Positions 51,201 through 64,000 of a stretch of DNA of 64,000 bases are shown in pieces (position 1 is the stretch's first letter; each line of letters begins with the position of its first letter). The DNA is from Octopus sinensis (Eukaryota). The position numbers were made by a program, and so were the translations under genes. The notes below the pieces were generated by a model, which saw only the letters and a program-made list of their open reading frames with translations, had not been told where the DNA came from and made no database searches. The stretch is taken from assembly GCF_006345805.1 (NCBI RefSeq), contig NC_043004.1, positions 56,048,001-56,112,000 on the forward strand. Direction: 5' to 3'.

Positions 51201-52120
51201 TAAAAGAATCTTCCTGTATATCAGATTGTATTGGAAACTGAAAAACCTCCCAAATCGTTAGCTGGAGTTTCAAGTTACCGCCCTTCTTCTTCCGGTTTGG
51301 TTTTGCAGTTTTTAATAAAACTTTTAATACACATTTTCTATCTTATGAAAGGGTTTTCCCAGCACGTTTTATACAATCGCCTTTTGTTTAGACAATACTT
51401 TTCTATAAGTTTTATTATTAGATGTTCTTTGTATTTTAACACGTTCTTTCACGCTCAACTGCTTTTTCTTCGCATATAACAAACCACTTTAAAATTATTT
51501 ATACCTTTTCTTCTGACTTTATACCCATCTTCACATTATTATACATCTTTGTGCCAACTATACTATTTTCTTCACATTTTCCCTTATCTCCTCTCTCAAA
51601 TCTCTTATCCCACTCTTACACACATCCCATACTTCATTCACACTTCCCACCTTATAACCATCTCCCTAAACGGACACCCTCCTATTCTTGTACCATGCAA
51701 CCTGCCTTTTCCTCTCCTCTATGCTCCTCCCCATAGAACCGTTTCCCCACCTGGTCTCGAAAAATTTCTTCTTCTACGTCGGCCGGTAGCTATAGCCGCT
51801 TGCCTCAGGTGCCGTGCAGTGGGATTGAACCTGGAACTACGTGGTTGCAAACCGCGTTTCTTAAGCTCACAGTCTCTAAGGAAGAACAAAATTTATACGC
51901 AGAAGGAATTTAATCGATTAGAACAAGCACGGAAATAATTCAAACATTGTCATGCTATTAGTTGGGGAAGCAGCGATATTTCATGCCTACCGTTATTGTA
52001 ATGAATTATTCTAAGAAAAGATCGAAAATTGTGTCATGTAGATTTAGACACTCCACTTCATCTTCGTTTCAAAAATATTATAATGTGCTTCTTTCTTCCG
52101 ACGAAATACAAGATTTAAAT

Positions 52121-52833
52121 CCTCCTCCTCCTCCTCTTCCTCCTCCTCCTTCTTCTTCTTCTTCTTCTTCTTCTTCTTCTTCTTTTTCTTCTTCTTCTTT
52201 TTCTTCTTCTTTTTCTTCTTCTTTTTCTTCTTCTTCTTTTTCTTCTTCTTCTTCTTCTTCTTTTCTTCTTCTTTTTTTCTTCTTCTTCTTCTTTTTCTTT
52301 TTCTTCTTCTTCTTCTTCTTTTTCTTCTTCTTCTTCTTCTTCTTTTCTTCTTCTTTTTTTCTTCTTCTTCTTCTTCTTTTTCTTTTTCTTCTTTTTTTCT
52401 TCTTCTTCTTCTTTTCTTCTTTTTTCTTCTTCTTTTTTTCTTCTTCTTTTTTTCTTCTTCTTTTCTTCTTCTTTTTCTTCTTCTTCTTCTTTCTTTTCTT
52501 CTTCTTCTTCTTCTTTTTCTTCTTCTTCTTCTTTTTCTTCTTTTTCTTCTTTTCTTCTTCTTCTTCTTTCTTCTTTTTCTTCTTCTTTTTCTTCTTCTTT
52601 TTCTTCTTTTTCTTTCTTCTTCTTCTTCTTTTTCTTTTCTTTCTTCTTCTTTTTCTCTTCTTCTTCTTCTTTTCTTCTTTTTCTTCTTCTTCTTCTTTTT
52701 CTTCTTTTTCTTCTTTTTCTTCTTCTTCTTCTTTTTCTTCTTTTTCTTCTTCTTTTTCTTCTTCTTCTTCTTCTTCTTCTTCTTCGTCGTCGTCGTTGTC
52801 TTCTACTTTCCCTCCTCCCCTTCCTCCTCCTCC
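52121..52833. repeat. About 700-bp imperfect (TTC)n polypyrimidine tract flanked by (CCT)n
   Basis: Direct inspection. Confidence 0.95.
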
Positions 52834-53311
52834 TGTCGTTCTCTTGCTCTTTCTCTCGCTCTCCCTGAAAGTAATTAGCTGTAGCCTAACCTAGACAGGG
52901 AAGGGCTCAGCCAGGTTTAAAATGAACTGCTTCCCTAGTGGGCCTGTTTAAGAAGTCAAACGAAAAACAATCGCTGGATCTTTACACCAATCAGGCTTCA
53001 GTAGTTCGATCAATTGAAGCACTTGCTTATTGAATGCGTTTTGCAAGTGACTGAGTGTTCAACCTTCGTGAATATGTTTAAATAGATTCTCAGATACAAC
53101 GAGAACTGATATTATGTGTCAAGCCTGTGCCTGTCACGTATAGGCTCCAGTGAACCGAACGCCCTCTGCACAGTTTCTGTTTACACAGAAACAATTCAAT
53201 AGCATTGAATCTGGAACCTTGGGATTTCAAAGCGAGATTCTCAATTATTTGTCACCATGATACATTCATTCTCGTCATAGCATATCACACGCACGCACGC
53301 ACACACACACA

Positions 53312-53365
<54 letters not shown>

Positions 53366-53463
53366 CTCGCACACACACAAACACACATACACTCACACAC
53401 ATACGCACACACACACATGCAATCCTTGGAAACGCGTGTAGTGATGCATTTAAATGTTTATAA

Positions 53464-53507
<44 letters not shown>

Positions 53508-53511
53508 GAAT

Positions 53512-53716
53512 GAAGGCGGCGCGCTGGCAGAATCATTAGCATGTCGGTTAAAAGGCTTAGCAGCATTTCGTCCATCTGAGTTGAAATTCCGCCGGAGTCG
53601 ACTCTGCTTTTCATCGTTTCGGGGTCAATAAAATAAGTACCAGATGAGTACATGGTCAATGTAATCGATTTATCACTTCTTGCGAAATTCCTGGCTTTGT
53701 GCCAACATTTGAAATT
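53512..53716 (+). mobile_element. SINE family 2
   Basis: AAGGCGGCGCGCTGGCAGAATCATTAGC head and conserved core. Confidence 0.82.
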
Positions 53717-54387
53717 AATAAGGTAGTGCATTGGCAGGATCGTTAGCACTCCAGGTAAAATACTAGCGGTCCTTCTTTACGTTCTATGTTCTAATTCCGC
53801 TGAGGAATACACATAAAACTGATAACTCAGCAAATAATCTTTTACACTTTTGCATTTTATAGGTTGCTTTTGTCACGTACAAGTTGTGCCTGAAAAGTCA
53901 CCCGTGTAAAGAGAAACCGACCTACAGTACAGAAAAACATTTCTGTATGAATTGGTAAAATACCCAAAGTATCAAAAGAGACTAAATCAAACATACATTT
54001 TTATCATTATACAAATTACTGGTAACACAATGAATACAAACAAAAACTACTGAGGCTGAATTAAACAAAACAGAAAGCGAAACGAAACAAAATACAATGT
54101 GAAACGTAACAAAACACAGAACAAACGAAATAAACTTTTGAGCTTTTAAACACGAAAAGAAACAGAAACAATAACAAATTAAAAACCAAACAATCTCGCA
54201 ATAACTTCGGAAATATATATACATAAATTAGCTACCCTGAGAACTCAACCCATTATCAAAACAACAAATAAAGTCGAATTTCGAACGGGTTGAATAAAAC
54301 TATGGACGTCTACGAAAAAGTTGCCATATATATATATAATAATTATTTGAGGGAATATTAATCCTAACTTACAGGGAAAAATTCAAT

Positions 54388-55260
54388 TTAGAAATACGTT
54401 ATATATATATATAGCAGGCTTTTTCTAAGGATATGGGGGCAGTACGTATCAGCACAATCTTTTGAATTTCTGAAACATGGTCCTCTTGGGATATTATCTG
54501 GATGTTTCTGACAGCCCTTTCTTATACCTAGGGAACCCTCAATAACAGGAACAGTTCTCGCTTTGATATGCCACTTCTTTTGTATTTCAGTTTCGAGGAC
54601 CTTATATTTACTTAATTTGTCAAATTCCTGTACAAATATATTTTTATAGTTGGGAACACTTACATCTATTAGTCTACAAGTATTTTCCTCTCTGTCCTTA
54701 ATGACTATATTTGGTCGAATAGCCTGGATCGTTCTGTCGGTGTTGACTGGAAAGTCCCAGATGATAGTATTGCATCTTGAAGTTTGATGACAAGGTCTCA
54801 AGAATCTGAGTTGAGATTCTTGCGGGATATAGGATGGTACTTTACAGCAAGTCGACAATGCGAATTTCATTTCCAATTTCTTCCATTCCTTTAGGTAACA
54901 TTTTCGGTGGTTTGCCAAGTGCACCAATTACTACAGGAATAATTGGTGCCCTGGTCAACCACAGTCTCCTCAGCTAGATCGTGATATTTCTCATTTTTTT
55001 TTCAATTTCTTACCCAATTTCTATTATAATCATATCTAGTGTTCTGGTTTCAATAGTATGGCCTGTCTTTATGGGGAAGTCACGCAAGATCATGTAATTC
55101 TCATTTTCTCTCACAGCTTCTAGTTCGAGTTCCCACCACTTTTCTGTTGTTTTAAATTCCCGCATTCACCTATCTCAAAGCATTCCTTTGCCAATACAGT
55201 CATATCTGCGCTTAGACTCCTTTTGTGCTAGTATATTAGTATATTATACTCACAGAAATG
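54388..55260 (-). mobile_element. Two nested degenerate 3' fragments of R4/Dong-like LINEs
   Basis: IIWDFPVNTDRTIQAIRPNIVIKD...LIDVSVP...KLSKY...ARTVPVIEGSLG at 54388-54790. A second, more decayed RLE fragment (IPVVIGALG) at 54800-55260. Confidence 0.8.
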
Positions 55261-55263
55261 GTG

Positions 55264-55300
<37 letters not shown>

Positions 55301-55323
55301 TATTATTATTATTATTATTATTC

Positions 55324-58300
55324 TATGTTTGACTTTTGCTTTATATTTGTACAAGTTGGCTCCAAGTCTCACCCAGAGACCTCAAGAGACAACAGGGTTG
55401 GAAGTTCATGTTGTTGTTATGCCTAGTGTGCCATATATTTGGGGGGTGGGGATGTTGTACTAATGAATGTCTAAAAAAAGAAAAAAGTTTTTTTTTTTTT
55501 TTTTTTTTAAACCGAAAATTATGGTTGTTTTAAACCTTGAGGTTACATAGAGAGTATTTTGCGTAGGATATGAGCAGTTCCCATGAGCACTATCTTTTGA
55601 ACTTCTGCCATTTTTGGGTTTCCTGGTATCTGAGTTAGGTAGCTATTTGCCCCTTTTGCTATCATTCCCAGGGCACCTATGACAACAGGTATTGTTTTAG
55701 TCTTCAGCTTCCACATTTTGCTGATTTCTATTTCAAGATCTTTATATTTGCTCAGTTTTTGGTAGGTCCTGACAGATACGTTTATATCGATTGGGACAGT
55801 CATATCAATGAGGAGGCATGTTCTTTGTTTGAAGTCTTTCAATATGATGTCTGGCCTATTTGCATCTATCTTCCTGTCAGTTTGAATGGTGAAGTTCCAG
55901 AGGAGTGAGATGTGGTCATTTTCAAGCACTGGGGGTGGTTTGTGTTCCCACCAGTTTTTTTCATGGGGCAAATCCAGGTTTTTACAGATTACCCAGTGAA
56001 TATATTGTGCAGCTCTATCGTGCCTGTTGAGATACTCTGTAGGCGCTAGAAGACTGCACTTGGAGACCACATGGTCAATGGTTTCATTTTGTTGCTTGCA
56101 TACACGACACGTTGGACTGCTTCTGATCTTTAATATGTTGGCCTGGTAGTTTCTTGTTGGTAGGCATTGATCTTGAGCTGCTATGATAAACCCCTCTGTT
56201 TCAGATTTTAAGCCAGAGGCCATTAGCCATTGATGGGTCAGGGCTTTGTCGATATCTGCATTATTCGCTCTCTTTGGGTATTTGCCATAGAGAAGTTTTT
56301 CTTGCCATTTATTATTCAGAATATCTAAGGCCGCAGTTTTGGCACGGGTTTTCATGCGCCTAGCTTTTTCTGTGGTTGTTTCTTGTATGTCTATCTCTAA
56401 TTCCGAAATTGGTTGTATTCGGAATTCACTTAGATATTCCTTTGCCTGTTTTGTGACTGAGTATGATGCTTTCTTGTTTTCATGTTTTGAGACAAGTTTT
56501 AACATCCAGTCCTCAGAGTTTTTCAGGTAGGTGTCTAGGCCAATTGTAGCAATCTTCATTGTTATTGCCAGTTGCAAAAGACCACGGCCTCCCTCTTTTC
56601 TTGGCAGATAGAGTCGTTCTGTATCTGCCTTAGGGTGGTGCATTCTATGCATTGTCAACAGTTTCCTTATTTTTCTGTCGAGCTGACATATTTCAGTAAT
56701 TGACCAGTTAACAATATTGAAACTGTAAGTCACGACTGGTATAGCTAATGCATTGATTGCTTCGATCCTGTTTCTTGCATTCAGCTCTGTCTTGAGTATT
56801 GCTCTCACTCTTCGATAGCATTCTCTCCTGATCCTTTCCTTCATCTCTGAATGCCTTATTCCGTTCCCTTCAATTACCCCTAGGTACTTGTAGCTCTCCG
56901 CTGGGTCTAGTTCTTTTATGACATTCTGTTGGTCAAGGTTAACGTTAGATGTTTCTGTCATTTTTCCTTTGATAAAGGTAGCCTTTGCACATTTATCGAG
57001 GCCGAATTGCATTCTGATGTCGTCACTGAATTGTTTGACTATCGCTAGTAAGCCCTTGAGTTGTTGATCATTTTTTGCAAAAAGCTTTAAATCATCCATG
57101 TAAACGAGATGATTTATATTTTTATCAAACATTTTATACCCGTACTGCGCGTCATTGAGCAGCTTTGAGAGCGGTATTAAGGATAAACAAAAGAGGAGTG
57201 GTGACAGTGAGTCACCCTGGAAATGCCACACGAAATTTTTACATCACCAGCATTTAGGGATTCACTGTCACTGTTCAGAGTTAGTGTGGTTCTCCATGAT
57301 CTCATACTTACAGTCAAGAAGTTTCGCAGAGTTGGTGCTATCTTATACATTTCAAGGCATTTCCTAATCCAGCTATGTGGTAGGCTATCAAAAGCCTTTT
57401 TATAGTCTATCCAGGCTATTGATAAGTTTTTGTGTCGTTTGTGACAATCTTCTAAGATCATCTTATTGATGAGTAGTTGGTCTTTACAGCCGTAGGATCC
57501 ACGTTTACATCCTTTCTGTTCATTAGGGAATATGCTGCTGTCTGTTAAAAAACTATAGGTATATTCCGTCAGGACAGATGTTAGTGTTTTGTACATAGTT
57601 GTTAAGCAGGTTATGGGTCTATAGTTTTTGGTTCATTTGTTTCTTCACTTTTTGGAAGCAGGAATGTTAACCCATTAACTAGCCAAGGAGGCATCCTACT
57701 AGGGTGTTGCAAAACATCATTGTACAGTTCTGTTAGCAGTTCATGGCTCTCTGGGAAGGCATTCAGCCAGAAGTTAGGAATTTTATCCTTTCCTGGAGAC
57801 TTCCATTTGCTTGACCTCCTGAGAGCAGATCTTATATCTTCTACCTTGACACCCTCCCACTTTTGCTCTTCTAAGGGGTCCAGTTCTGTAGATATTCTGT
57901 CAATCCAGGGGGCCTTTTCGTTGTGTGTTTTTTCTTCTGCCCAGATTTTATTCCAAAATCTCTGCACTTCTTCTTTTGATGGTACAGACCCTGCAGTAAA
58001 CGCTGTTTTTCCTATCTTCCTGTAAAAATTCTTGGTGTTATTTTTGAACATGTTGTTGTCCTTGAAAAATCTAACACGCTTTTCATACCTCGCTATGCGG
58101 GCAGCTTTGGCAGATACCTTTTGTTTGATGGTTTCTATGGTGGCATCAATATCAAGTATAGTTTTCATATTGTATTTTTTCAGTAATTTTTGGGTTTGTA
58201 GGTTTGGTAGTCTTGTGAGCCTTAAGGTTTTTCAAATATTCAATGTCAGATCTAAATACTTTAATTTGTTGTTGCAGACGCTCTTGCCAAGAAGGCTTTT

Positions 58301-59353
58301 TGTGGGACTGTTGCCGTTTTCTAATCTTTACACCACATAGGATCGTTGAGATTTTCGCGGATGCATAGTATAGGTGGTTGAGGTTTGTGATATCAACATC
58401 ATTAACTGAAATTATATCCTTAAGTGCAAGCCGGATTTTACCAATTATTTTCATGTTTTGGTTAGAGTTGCGGATTTTAGGAAGTGTATCACGCTCATCC
58501 ATGCTGGTTTCTTTAATTTTCAGCCATTCAATCATGATTTGATTTTTTAGCTCATGTAGTTCTGTTGGGTCAATATTTGTGTGACTTTCTTTATCTATTT
58601 GATGCTCATCTGTTAGTGTTTATGATTGGTTCAGGGCGTATTTCACTTTGCCTATCACTTATACTAACTCTTTCAATCCTCTCTTCGTTTTTATCCGCCC
58701 TGGGCTGGTCTATAATCATTTCCTCTGTATTATCTTCTCTAGCTGCAGCTTCGTTCATTTTATCCGATATTGCTTGTCTAACCTGATCAATCTCTACTTC
58801 AGTCAGTAATTTCTTTTTTATAATGTTTCTTCTAACATTGGCAAGCTTGTTACTGTCTATGTAGGGTCTTACTTCAGGGTGTTTCTGTCTCCAGTTTAAG
58901 TATGCTTGTACAGTGCTAGACTTATCTGTGGGGAAATATATGGCATGGTAGAAGGCCTCAAGAACTTCTTTATTATCTTCCCTAGACCATTTTCCTTCTT
59001 TTTCTTTTGATTATTTGGTGATGAGCATGGATGGCCATCTGTTGGAATATTCCGGTTGTGGGGTTCGTCCAGCTCCTGTGTGTTGGGAAGATTTGATCCA
59101 GTAACTGATTTTTCAATCAGGATTTGGTTCAATTTTCGGGTACGTGGTCTTTTGTAATCCGCGCAATGACCAATGCGGTTTATTGTTTGATTTGTTGACC
59201 TTGAAGCATGACGAGCATCCATTCTTATATTAGGAGATGGATCTGTCAGTTTAGGGTTCACTACATGTAAGCATTGCTCATAGCGCCGCTTCTTAAGACT
59301 AGCAGATCTATATTCGTCTGTATTTTTTTGTTGATAGTTTTATCTCCGGACAT
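55324..59353 (-). mobile_element. Near full-length R4/Dong-like LINE (family A), single RT-RLE ORF broken by frameshifts
   Basis: ORF pieces 58896-59261, 58152-58535, 57611-58168, 57177-57596 and 55543-57231. N-terminal KWSREDNKEVLEAFY...KLANVRRNI, WKSPGKDKI, GCKDQLLIN, YMDD, CCHC, RLE. (TAA)n tail at 55263-55323. Candidate ATG at 59353. Confidence 0.95.
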
Positions 59354-60073
59354 TTTTTTTTTTTTTTTTTTCCTCCTTTCCTCCTCTTCCTTTCTTCAAG
59401 GCTTACTGTGTCTGTATTAGTTCGAAATAATGAGAATAAAATACGGAGAAGGAAACGAAAAGAAAGGGAAAAAGACGGGATCTGTCAGTTATTATTGTTA
59501 TTACTATCATCTTCACCACCATCACCATCATCAGCAACACAACCATCACCATCATCATCTTCAATGTGTAGCCACAGCCACCATCAACATCCATTGTGTT
59601 GGAGAATGGGTGGTTAAAGAATTCATGTTCTTTGGGTCTATAAATAGCCACGGTAGATGGTGGAGACAAAGGACGTTAATGGTCAGTAAAAGGTCAAACT
59701 GTTTACGTTTATTTATTTATTTATTTTTTTTCCCGTTCTCTTTTCTTCTTCACCACATGCATATGTATATGTATATATATGTATATTCACTCACACATAT
59801 TATCTGATGTTTTCGTCGAAGATTTTTTTTTTTTTTTTTAATAACTTTCTGAGTTCAATGTTATGTATATATTTTTAAATTTCTGAATTCAGTTGTACGT
59901 ATATAGTAGTAGGTGCTTAATTCCATAACTTTTTATCGTGCATTTAATTGTGTTGTTACAATAAAAGGTAATTTAAAAGGCAATTTTACACATTCTTATA
60001 GTCATGAGAGACGACTAAATGTAAATGTTCACACAGAATTGGAGATATGTATGTTTCTAATTTTTCTTCTTAG

Positions 60074-60100
60074 GTGTACGTTTGTATGAGCTGTAGATAT
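60074..60100 (+). other. Candidate 27-nt microexon (VYVCMSCRY in phase 0)
   Basis: CTAAT branch-like motif, TTTTTCTTCTTAG acceptor ending at 60073, GTAAGT donor at 60101-60106. Only phase 0 is stop-free. Confidence 0.35.
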
Positions 60101-60299
60101 GTAAGTTTTTTTTTTTTTTTTACTTATTTTGAGGGTAATTCAAATTACTTACAGAAAACAGTAGATCTTCCAGTTTTCTACAGTTGACCTGCTGGGTTCG
60201 CTGTTGCCAGTTCAGAGCATCGTAAAAATACGTCCATCCTCTGTCACGTCCAGCCGCCTTCTTCTTCTTCTTCTTCTTCTTCTTCTTCTTCTTTTCTTC

Positions 60300-60345
<46 letters not shown>

Positions 60346-60799
60346 CATTACTGTTGTTGTACATCTCCATCTTCTCCTTCTCCTCCTCCCTTCTTCCCTT
60401 TTCTCCTCCTCCCCTCTGTCTCCCCCCTCCTCCTCCTCCGCCTCATTATTATCATTAAAACAAGAGAATGAATCACCTTTAGCCGAAAGACTACTATTTG
60501 TGCTTGAAATCTTCATAGCTGATGAAATAGACTTTATTATCATTCTTTCAACCGGATCTACCCGCTTTATGTACACACATGCGGAGTAATAAATATAGTG
60601 ATGATGATGATGATGATGTGGATGAAGATAAGATCAATGTGAATATCAATAATATTGATTTTTATTGTGGTGCAGTGTCACATATTTTTGCGAAGTGTAA
60701 AGTCAGTTAAATAGACAGCACTACTCAATCTGCATTTATTTTATTGATTGCAAAAACATGGAATGCTAAGTTGCTTTAAGCTGAATTTGGACTCAGAAA

Positions 60800-61150
60800 T
60801 GTAAAATGTCGTAACAAATGACTACGATTGAAATACACACCCAGTGACTGCGTTTTGATTGCAGCGCATACAAAAGCCAATACTGAGATTGCGGAGTCGG
60901 TTCCAAAGAAATTAAGAAATATGACAATCTATCCAAAGAGCTGAGAATGTGGAAGATCAAGACAACAATTATTGCTCCAGTAATTGGTGAACTTGACAAA
61001 TAGTGAAAGGTTATATTTACATCGAATGTAATTGGTGGTCCATTATGAAACACCAACATTGTTTTACCCGCTGAGTCAGAAGGAAGAGGCAGTGCCCCAG
61101 GCCTTCGGACACCATTCTCAGCCAATGAAAGTAATGCTTTAGGCCCCATC
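60800..61150 (+). mobile_element. Highly degenerate R4/Dong-like 3' fragment
   Basis: KEIKKYDNLSKELRMWKIKTTIIAPVIGELD resembles the RLE tail KY.DL..EI..MW..KT..IPVVIGALG. Confidence 0.6.
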
Positions 61151-62157
61151 TCGAACTATTTTCAGTCAGCGCCTGCAGGTACGACATGAGCATAGAGTGA
61201 AATCCAGTGCAGAAGGGAGGGCTAGAATAGACATTAGTGCAGAATCAGAGAGGTTTGACTCAAAACAAATATTTAAAAGCAAAATGTAAAAAAAAATACA
61301 AAAGAAAATCAATCAAAATAACAATAGAACAGGGAGAAAAATGAAAACTATTTTCAGATTTTAAAGAAACCAATGAAAATAAATCAGAGGATGATGTAAC
61401 AGGCGGCGATGATGAGGTTGGGGAAACAATAACTTGGAGTATTTAATTGCTGTATATTATATTGAAAATAATATTACAATATGTCGTGGTAAATCATTAG
61501 CAAGAAAGATCTGTGCGTGGGCGGTGTTTGGTGATAGTGGACAAAGTAAAAGTGAAAGACTGACCGGGAAACTCCAAGACTGAAAATTGTAACCAGAAAG
61601 GCTTTTTCTGCGGCACAAGTCCCTAACCGCCCTTTATAAGAATGATTTTGGCTCTTTTATAAACGAAACAATAAAGATGTAATTGTAGTATATGCCGCTC
61701 TTAAAGAAAAGAACAGTCACATTGTTATTTGTAGCCCTGTTTTAGCTCGGAGAGCATAAATGCGCTAACATGATAGAGCTGGTGTATTCGTACATTAATA
61801 ACATTCTCACAGAAAAAGAAGTTGTGCGAACACACGCCAAAAGGCAGAATGACAACGTAACTATACACTGGGTAATGCTGCTTGAAATAGACGAGGAGAT
61901 TAAGGGAATGCGTCCAAACATCGCCAAAGGCCAACGTCAAAAGAATTATCTCCTAATCCAGTCATTGAATGTAAGAGATGACAAGATGTTTTTTTCAAGA
62001 GTTAGGAAATGTATCCCAATCGAAAACTTGAAAACCGAAGTAGTAGAATGCGAGGATTGAAAAACAGAAATAATCTTTGTTGGAACAGGAAAGACAAACA
62101 AATCCCATGGCATACATATATACGACAGATATATAAAAAAACTAGTATGTACATGTT

Positions 62158-62326
62158 ATGTAGAGTGGCTGTGTTGTAAGTAGCTTGCTAACCAACCACA
62201 TGGTTCCGGGTTCACTCCCACTGCGTGGCATCTTGGGCAAGTGTCTTCTGCTATAGCCCCGGGCCGACCAATGCCTTGTGAGTGGATTTGGTAGACGGAA
62301 ACTGAAAGAAGCCTGTCGTATATATG

Positions 62327-62357
<31 letters not shown>

Positions 62358-62556
62358 ATGTGTGTGTGTTTGTCTCCCTAGCATTGCTTGACAACCGATG
62401 CTGGTGTGTTTATGTTCCCGTCACTTAGCGGTTCGGCAAAAGAGACCGATAAAATAAGTACTGGGTTTACAAAGAATAAGTCCTGGGGTCGATTTGCTCG
62501 ACTAAAGGCGGTGCTCCAGCATGGCCGCAGTCAAATGACTGAAACAAGTAAAAGAG
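62158..62556 (+). mobile_element. tRNA-derived SINE family 1, full length
   Basis: A box GTGGCTGTGTTGTAAG, B box GGGTTCACTCCC, internal TA/TG repeat, tail GAAACAAGTAAAAGAG. Confidence 0.9.
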
Positions 62557-62938
62557 TATCGTATAAGATAAAAGAAAACGCTGACTATGCTTAAAGAACA
62601 CTGGATGACCAATCAAAGCTTACACACACAAAAAAGCGACTAAAAGAACAACAATGAGTTTATGCGGTTTACTTTATTTGCCATAAGTGAAGTACGAACA
62701 TAAAATATACGTAATAATATCAGTGACGAAACACTTATACCTGTACAAAGAAACGCATCAATTTTCAGAGAGATAATACAAAACATAACCTAAATTAGTA
62801 CACACAGGTACACTTGGACACAAACAAACAAACGCACAGAGATACATGCACACACAAACCCACGTACAGAAGTGCCTTAATTCTCATATCTCCACCCGTA
62901 GACATCAAAAATAAACACGATAATATATATATATATAT

Positions 62939-62970
<32 letters not shown>

Positions 62971-62977
62971 AATATAT

Positions 62978-63014
<37 letters not shown>

Positions 63015-63033
63015 GCATACACATACATTTATA

Positions 63034-63282
63034 TTGGGTTGGTGCATAATTATGGAGGCTTGTTCCCACAAATTTTGTTCAACAAAAACAATAACAACAT
63101 ATAATAAAGCATCTTTTAATGATTATTCCGGAGCATATTCACCATCTACTTCAATTATTGCTTCCCATTTGCTTGGCAGACTGTCAGAGCATCATTTAAA
63201 GTTGTTTTTGTTCAATATTGTTTTTGTTTTTGTTGAATAAAATTTGTTGAAAAACAGGCGCAATAATTATTCCCCAACCCAA
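63034..63282 (-). mobile_element. Mariner deletion derivative (MITE)
   Basis: TIRs TTGGGTTGGTGCATAATTAT and ATAATTATTCCCCAACCCAA. Internal minus-strand peptide DSLPSKWEAIIEVDGEYAPE is a mariner C-terminus. Confidence 0.8.
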
Positions 63283-63377
63283 TGTATATATTATCCACAC
63301 ATAAACTCACACATTCGTACGCACTCACACATACACACATGATGTTGACCAATCATGTCTCATTATATCATGTGCCA

Positions 63378-63484
<107 letters not shown>

Positions 63485-63754
63485 TATTTTTCATGTTTTA
63501 TCCTTTACGTCTTTCTGTCATTAGACTAAGGTCATGCTGGGGTACCGACTTCAACGGTTAACTTAAACAAATCGACTCCGGAAGCTATTACTTTTCAGCC
63601 TGGTACTTATTCTATTGGTTTCTTAAGCTCAACCGTTAAGTTACGGGGAGATAAACAAGTCAACACTAGTAGTCGAGCGGTGGTGTGGTACAAACAGAAC
63701 CACATATATAATATGCATATATATGCACACACACACACACACTCACACATAATT

Positions 63755-63910
63755 ACAGAAAGACAAAAGACGAATACAGGGGTATAAACAATAAGCAGGT
63801 GTATTAGTTTGACACTCGGGAAGGTGAGAAAATCTTTTACGTTTCGAGTCTACGCTCATCAGCAGAAAGGAACCGGAAGAAATAAACAGAGGGAGAATAA
63901 AACACTTTTG
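63755..63910 (-). mobile_element. Penelope-like short repeat with minimal hammerhead motif
   Basis: Minus strand reads CTTT-CTGCTGAT-GAGC-GTAG-ACTC-GAAAC-GTA-AAAG. Homologous to 22704-22880. Confidence 0.65.
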
Positions 63911-63927
63911 GAGTTACCAGTCAACAG

Positions 63928-64000
63928 GTGTGAGTGTGTGGTAGGAATCTTGTTTCTCAACCACATGGTTCCATGTTCAGTCCCACTGTATGGCACCTTT
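63928..64000 (+). mobile_element. SINE family 1 head, cut by the window edge
   Basis: CAACCACATGGTTCCATGTTCAGTCCCACTG. Confidence 0.75.

Overview
Eukaryotic, AT-rich and repeat-dominated DNA. It is most likely a coleoid cephalopod (Octopus-like), inferred from its SINE families and microsatellite load. No complete host protein-coding gene is recognisable, and most listed ORFs are microsatellite artefacts. Main contents: (1) R4/Dong-clade non-LTR retrotransposons (RT, CCHC, restriction-like endonuclease) that target (TAA)n, as a head-to-tail train at 36.2-47.8 kb and a near full-length minus-strand copy at 55.3-59.4 kb. (2) Penelope-like remnants, including a GIY-YIG fragment and several hammerhead ribozyme motifs; one intact-looking hammerhead sits inside a 101-bp inverted repeat at 24.25-24.53 kb. 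(3) Tc1/mariner, Tigger, hAT-like and Helentron-like DNA elements. (4) Three tRNA-derived SINE families. (5) A 2-kb 8-mer satellite. (6) A unique CpG-richer island at about 13.5-15.6 kb with a mirror-symmetric CCAAT/E2F/TATA promoter, clustered hairpins and a small ORF, plus a candidate 27-nt microexon at 60.07 kb. Frequent single-base homopolymer indels and near-identical tandem blocks suggest some long-read assembly error. All calls are by eye; no searches were run.
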